Source of the DNA: the human T2T-CHM13v2.0 reference genome, Homo sapiens
Length of the DNA stretch: 64,000 nucleotides
Reading direction: 5' to 3'
Assembly: GCA_009914755.4 (NCBI GenBank)
Contig: CP068257.2
Span: forward strand, 31,456,001 to 31,520,000
Below are positions 60,952 to 64,000 of this stretch, piece after piece. Below the pieces are notes generated by a model that worked only from the letters and a program-made list of their open reading frames with translations, made no database searches and was not told where the DNA came from. A program made the translations under genes and the position numbers. Every line of letters begins with the position of its first letter. Position 1 is the stretch's first letter.

Positions 60952-62469
60952 TTAGGACGGAAGGATTAGAGGGAACAAGAAGCAGGGAATGCACCCGTCG
61001 ACACCACCCTGCTAACACTTTATGCGTTTTTTAAAGTTATTTTCTTTTTTAATTCTTAAAAGTTCACACTGAGCCAGACAAGTTTCAATCCCATATAAAT
61101 TCAGATGATGAATCCACACAAAGCTCCGGAAGATTTGCAATGGAAATGGCCACCGGCCCTTAACTACAGAGCCCAATGCGACACTTGCAGCGTGTCTGAT
61201 TTGGAATTCAAATTCCACTCAAGACAATGGTCCTTTATTAAGTTTCTGACATTCATACCTTGCCTGCTGGCTGGGCCATTTCTCACTGACCACTTATCCT
61301 GGGAGGCATTCTAACTCTTCACCCAAACACGTTAAGAAGGTGAACTGACCAAAGGGAACCACCCAAAGAGATAAAATGCTGTGCAAAACTGAGTCTGACA
61401 AAGCCCCTGCTCTCTGCCTCACGCCATCCTTTGCTGGCCACACCCATTTGCCTTTCCGAGCCATGAAACCGAAAGGGTTGTCTCTGTGGCTGAGCCAGGT
61501 ACCTGTTGACCACCCTTTCCCCCTCTCCAGTTCATATCCTCTGCTGCTGTCAGTGACACATGCTTCCTGGCTCATCTGGGTGGCCCAGCCTCATTAGGAA
61601 GGGATTTGGTGCCTGTTAGTTAATTGAGGCCCGTTCCTGCCACCTGCCACTCGCAGGCCTCATCTGCACACTAACTGCTTCTAATTGTCATCATACGGCA
61701 GGATCCCCGCAACAACTTGAGAACAGATCCCGAGCAGCCCGTGCAGGCTCCACGACGGTCCAGGGAGCTGAGGCTCAGGGAGCATCGGGCACTGTGACGA
61801 TTTAGCAAGGGGCCAGATGTTTGGAAAAGAAAGGCACTTTGCATCAACATCAGTGTGAAAGTTTCTCATTTATTATACTCCCCGGTGCCACTTTATAGCT
61901 AGGATGAATAAAAGGCTTCATCTGTACAGAAACCAACTCAATGGAGAACAAATGGCTCAGCGTCGCAGACTGCACATCACGCAGAAATGGTGCGGCTTAT
62001 CCACGCACAACTGGAGCCGGCGCATTGGCTTAACTTCTCCTATTGAGAAGTCGGAATGTGTTTAGGATATCAGAGCGTACCCCCACACCCTGTTTTGAAA
62101 GAGTTTGAGTAGAAAAAGGTGCAGAGGTGAGTGCCAAAAGCTGATCAGCCCCTTGAGGTTGGAGAGGGGAGTCGGGGAGGAGACACAGGATGACACAGAA
62201 GGAGAAAGTCAAACACACTCAGAGACCTGAAGGGAAAAGAGACGGAGGGAAAATGTACCATCCAGTGGAAGAGTCGGAAGGGGCTTTGGCGTAGGTACAG
62301 AATACATATCTGAGGGAAATGGAAATACATTCAAGACACAAGCTGTGAGGACTAAGGAGAGAGACAGTGAGAAAGGGGAAAGGAGAGTCTGTCATTATAG
62401 GAAGTCACAGGATTTAGGGGCTCAGGAACCACATCTGGAGGGAATCAATCTGGACTTAATAGAAATTAG

Positions 62470-62811
<342 letters not shown>

Positions 62812-63269
62812 CTAGTTTTGGTTTTTAAACTACAATCATAACCCCAGCCCACCTCCCCGGGAGTCGAAGCCCCAGGGTCTCGGGATGCCCCATCACTGGG
62901 GTATTTGTCCGGTCTCTTCCCCTAAAACTGGGAAGTATTTTTTGCCTAGAGATTTCTAAGTCATGTCTGCTTATGAGTCCTTTCCTGCTGGATGAAGGAA
63001 TGGAAAGAAATAAGGAAAACCTGGGATGAACCTAGGAGGGACGTGGCACCAGAGAAAAAGAAACAAGAATGAGAAACGCAACACCCAAAAGGCTCAAGTG
63101 TGGAATTAAGGGTGAGACATATGGCTTCGTCGCCACAGATTTAGCCAATGGATAAAAATATGCCCCGAGACAGGTTGCAGCAATGTCTCCTCACTCCCCC
63201 ATCTCTAAGATTCCAGAAAGAAACCAAAACAAATGGAAAGTCAAAGCCTGCCCTGGAAGGCTCGTTTAT

Positions 63270-64000
<731 letters not shown>

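Overview
This window is human (or at least catarrhine-primate) nuclear genomic DNA, not a prokaryotic or viral locus. Interspersed repeats dominate it. I count about 34 full or near-full Alu elements plus 4 Alu monomer-like fragments, roughly 17% of the window. Most Alus carry recognisable target-site duplications (TSDs), and several are AluY-like, which fixes the lineage. Other repeats: an old LINE-1 3' end (44.16-45.78 kb) pierced by three independent Alu insertions, a second L1-like fragment near 12.3-12.7 kb, a solo THE1/MST-type MaLR LTR (54.23-54.60 kb), several MIR fragments, an ancient MER-class repeat at 16.6-17.1 kb, and microsatellites of (GT)n, (CA)n, (GA)n, (TTG)n, (TTTTG)n and (TA)n. 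I found no convincing protein-coding exon, tRNA, rRNA or CRISPR array. Nearly all longer ORFs in the supplied six-frame track translate Alu sequence (the recurring '[15 protein letters not shown]', 'VAQAGVQW', '[15 protein letters not shown]' and '[12 protein letters not shown]' peptides), microsatellites or GC-rich noise. The candidate functional elements are non-coding. The first is a CpG island at about 21.83-22.42 kb with Sp1-type GC boxes and a splice-donor-like GCG|GTAAGG, a probable promoter of an unidentified transcript. The second is an Alu-free block at 22.6-27.0 kb in which CpGs are retained and which carries POU-octamer and homeobox-type motifs, a candidate conserved enhancer. Two smaller CpG-dense patches lie at 13.56-13.72 kb and 51.39-51.59 kb. 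Structural oddities are a local direct-plus-inverted duplication at 34.04-37.34 kb (two arms of about 250 bp separated by a 1.15-kb spacer), a 38-bp tandem triplication with three CCAAT boxes at 44.05-44.15 kb, and an AluY nested inside an older Alu with a perfect 17-bp TSD. I see no evidence of an undescribed gene system in the prokaryotic sense and say so plainly. The testable items are the putative promoter, the enhancer and the structural repeats.
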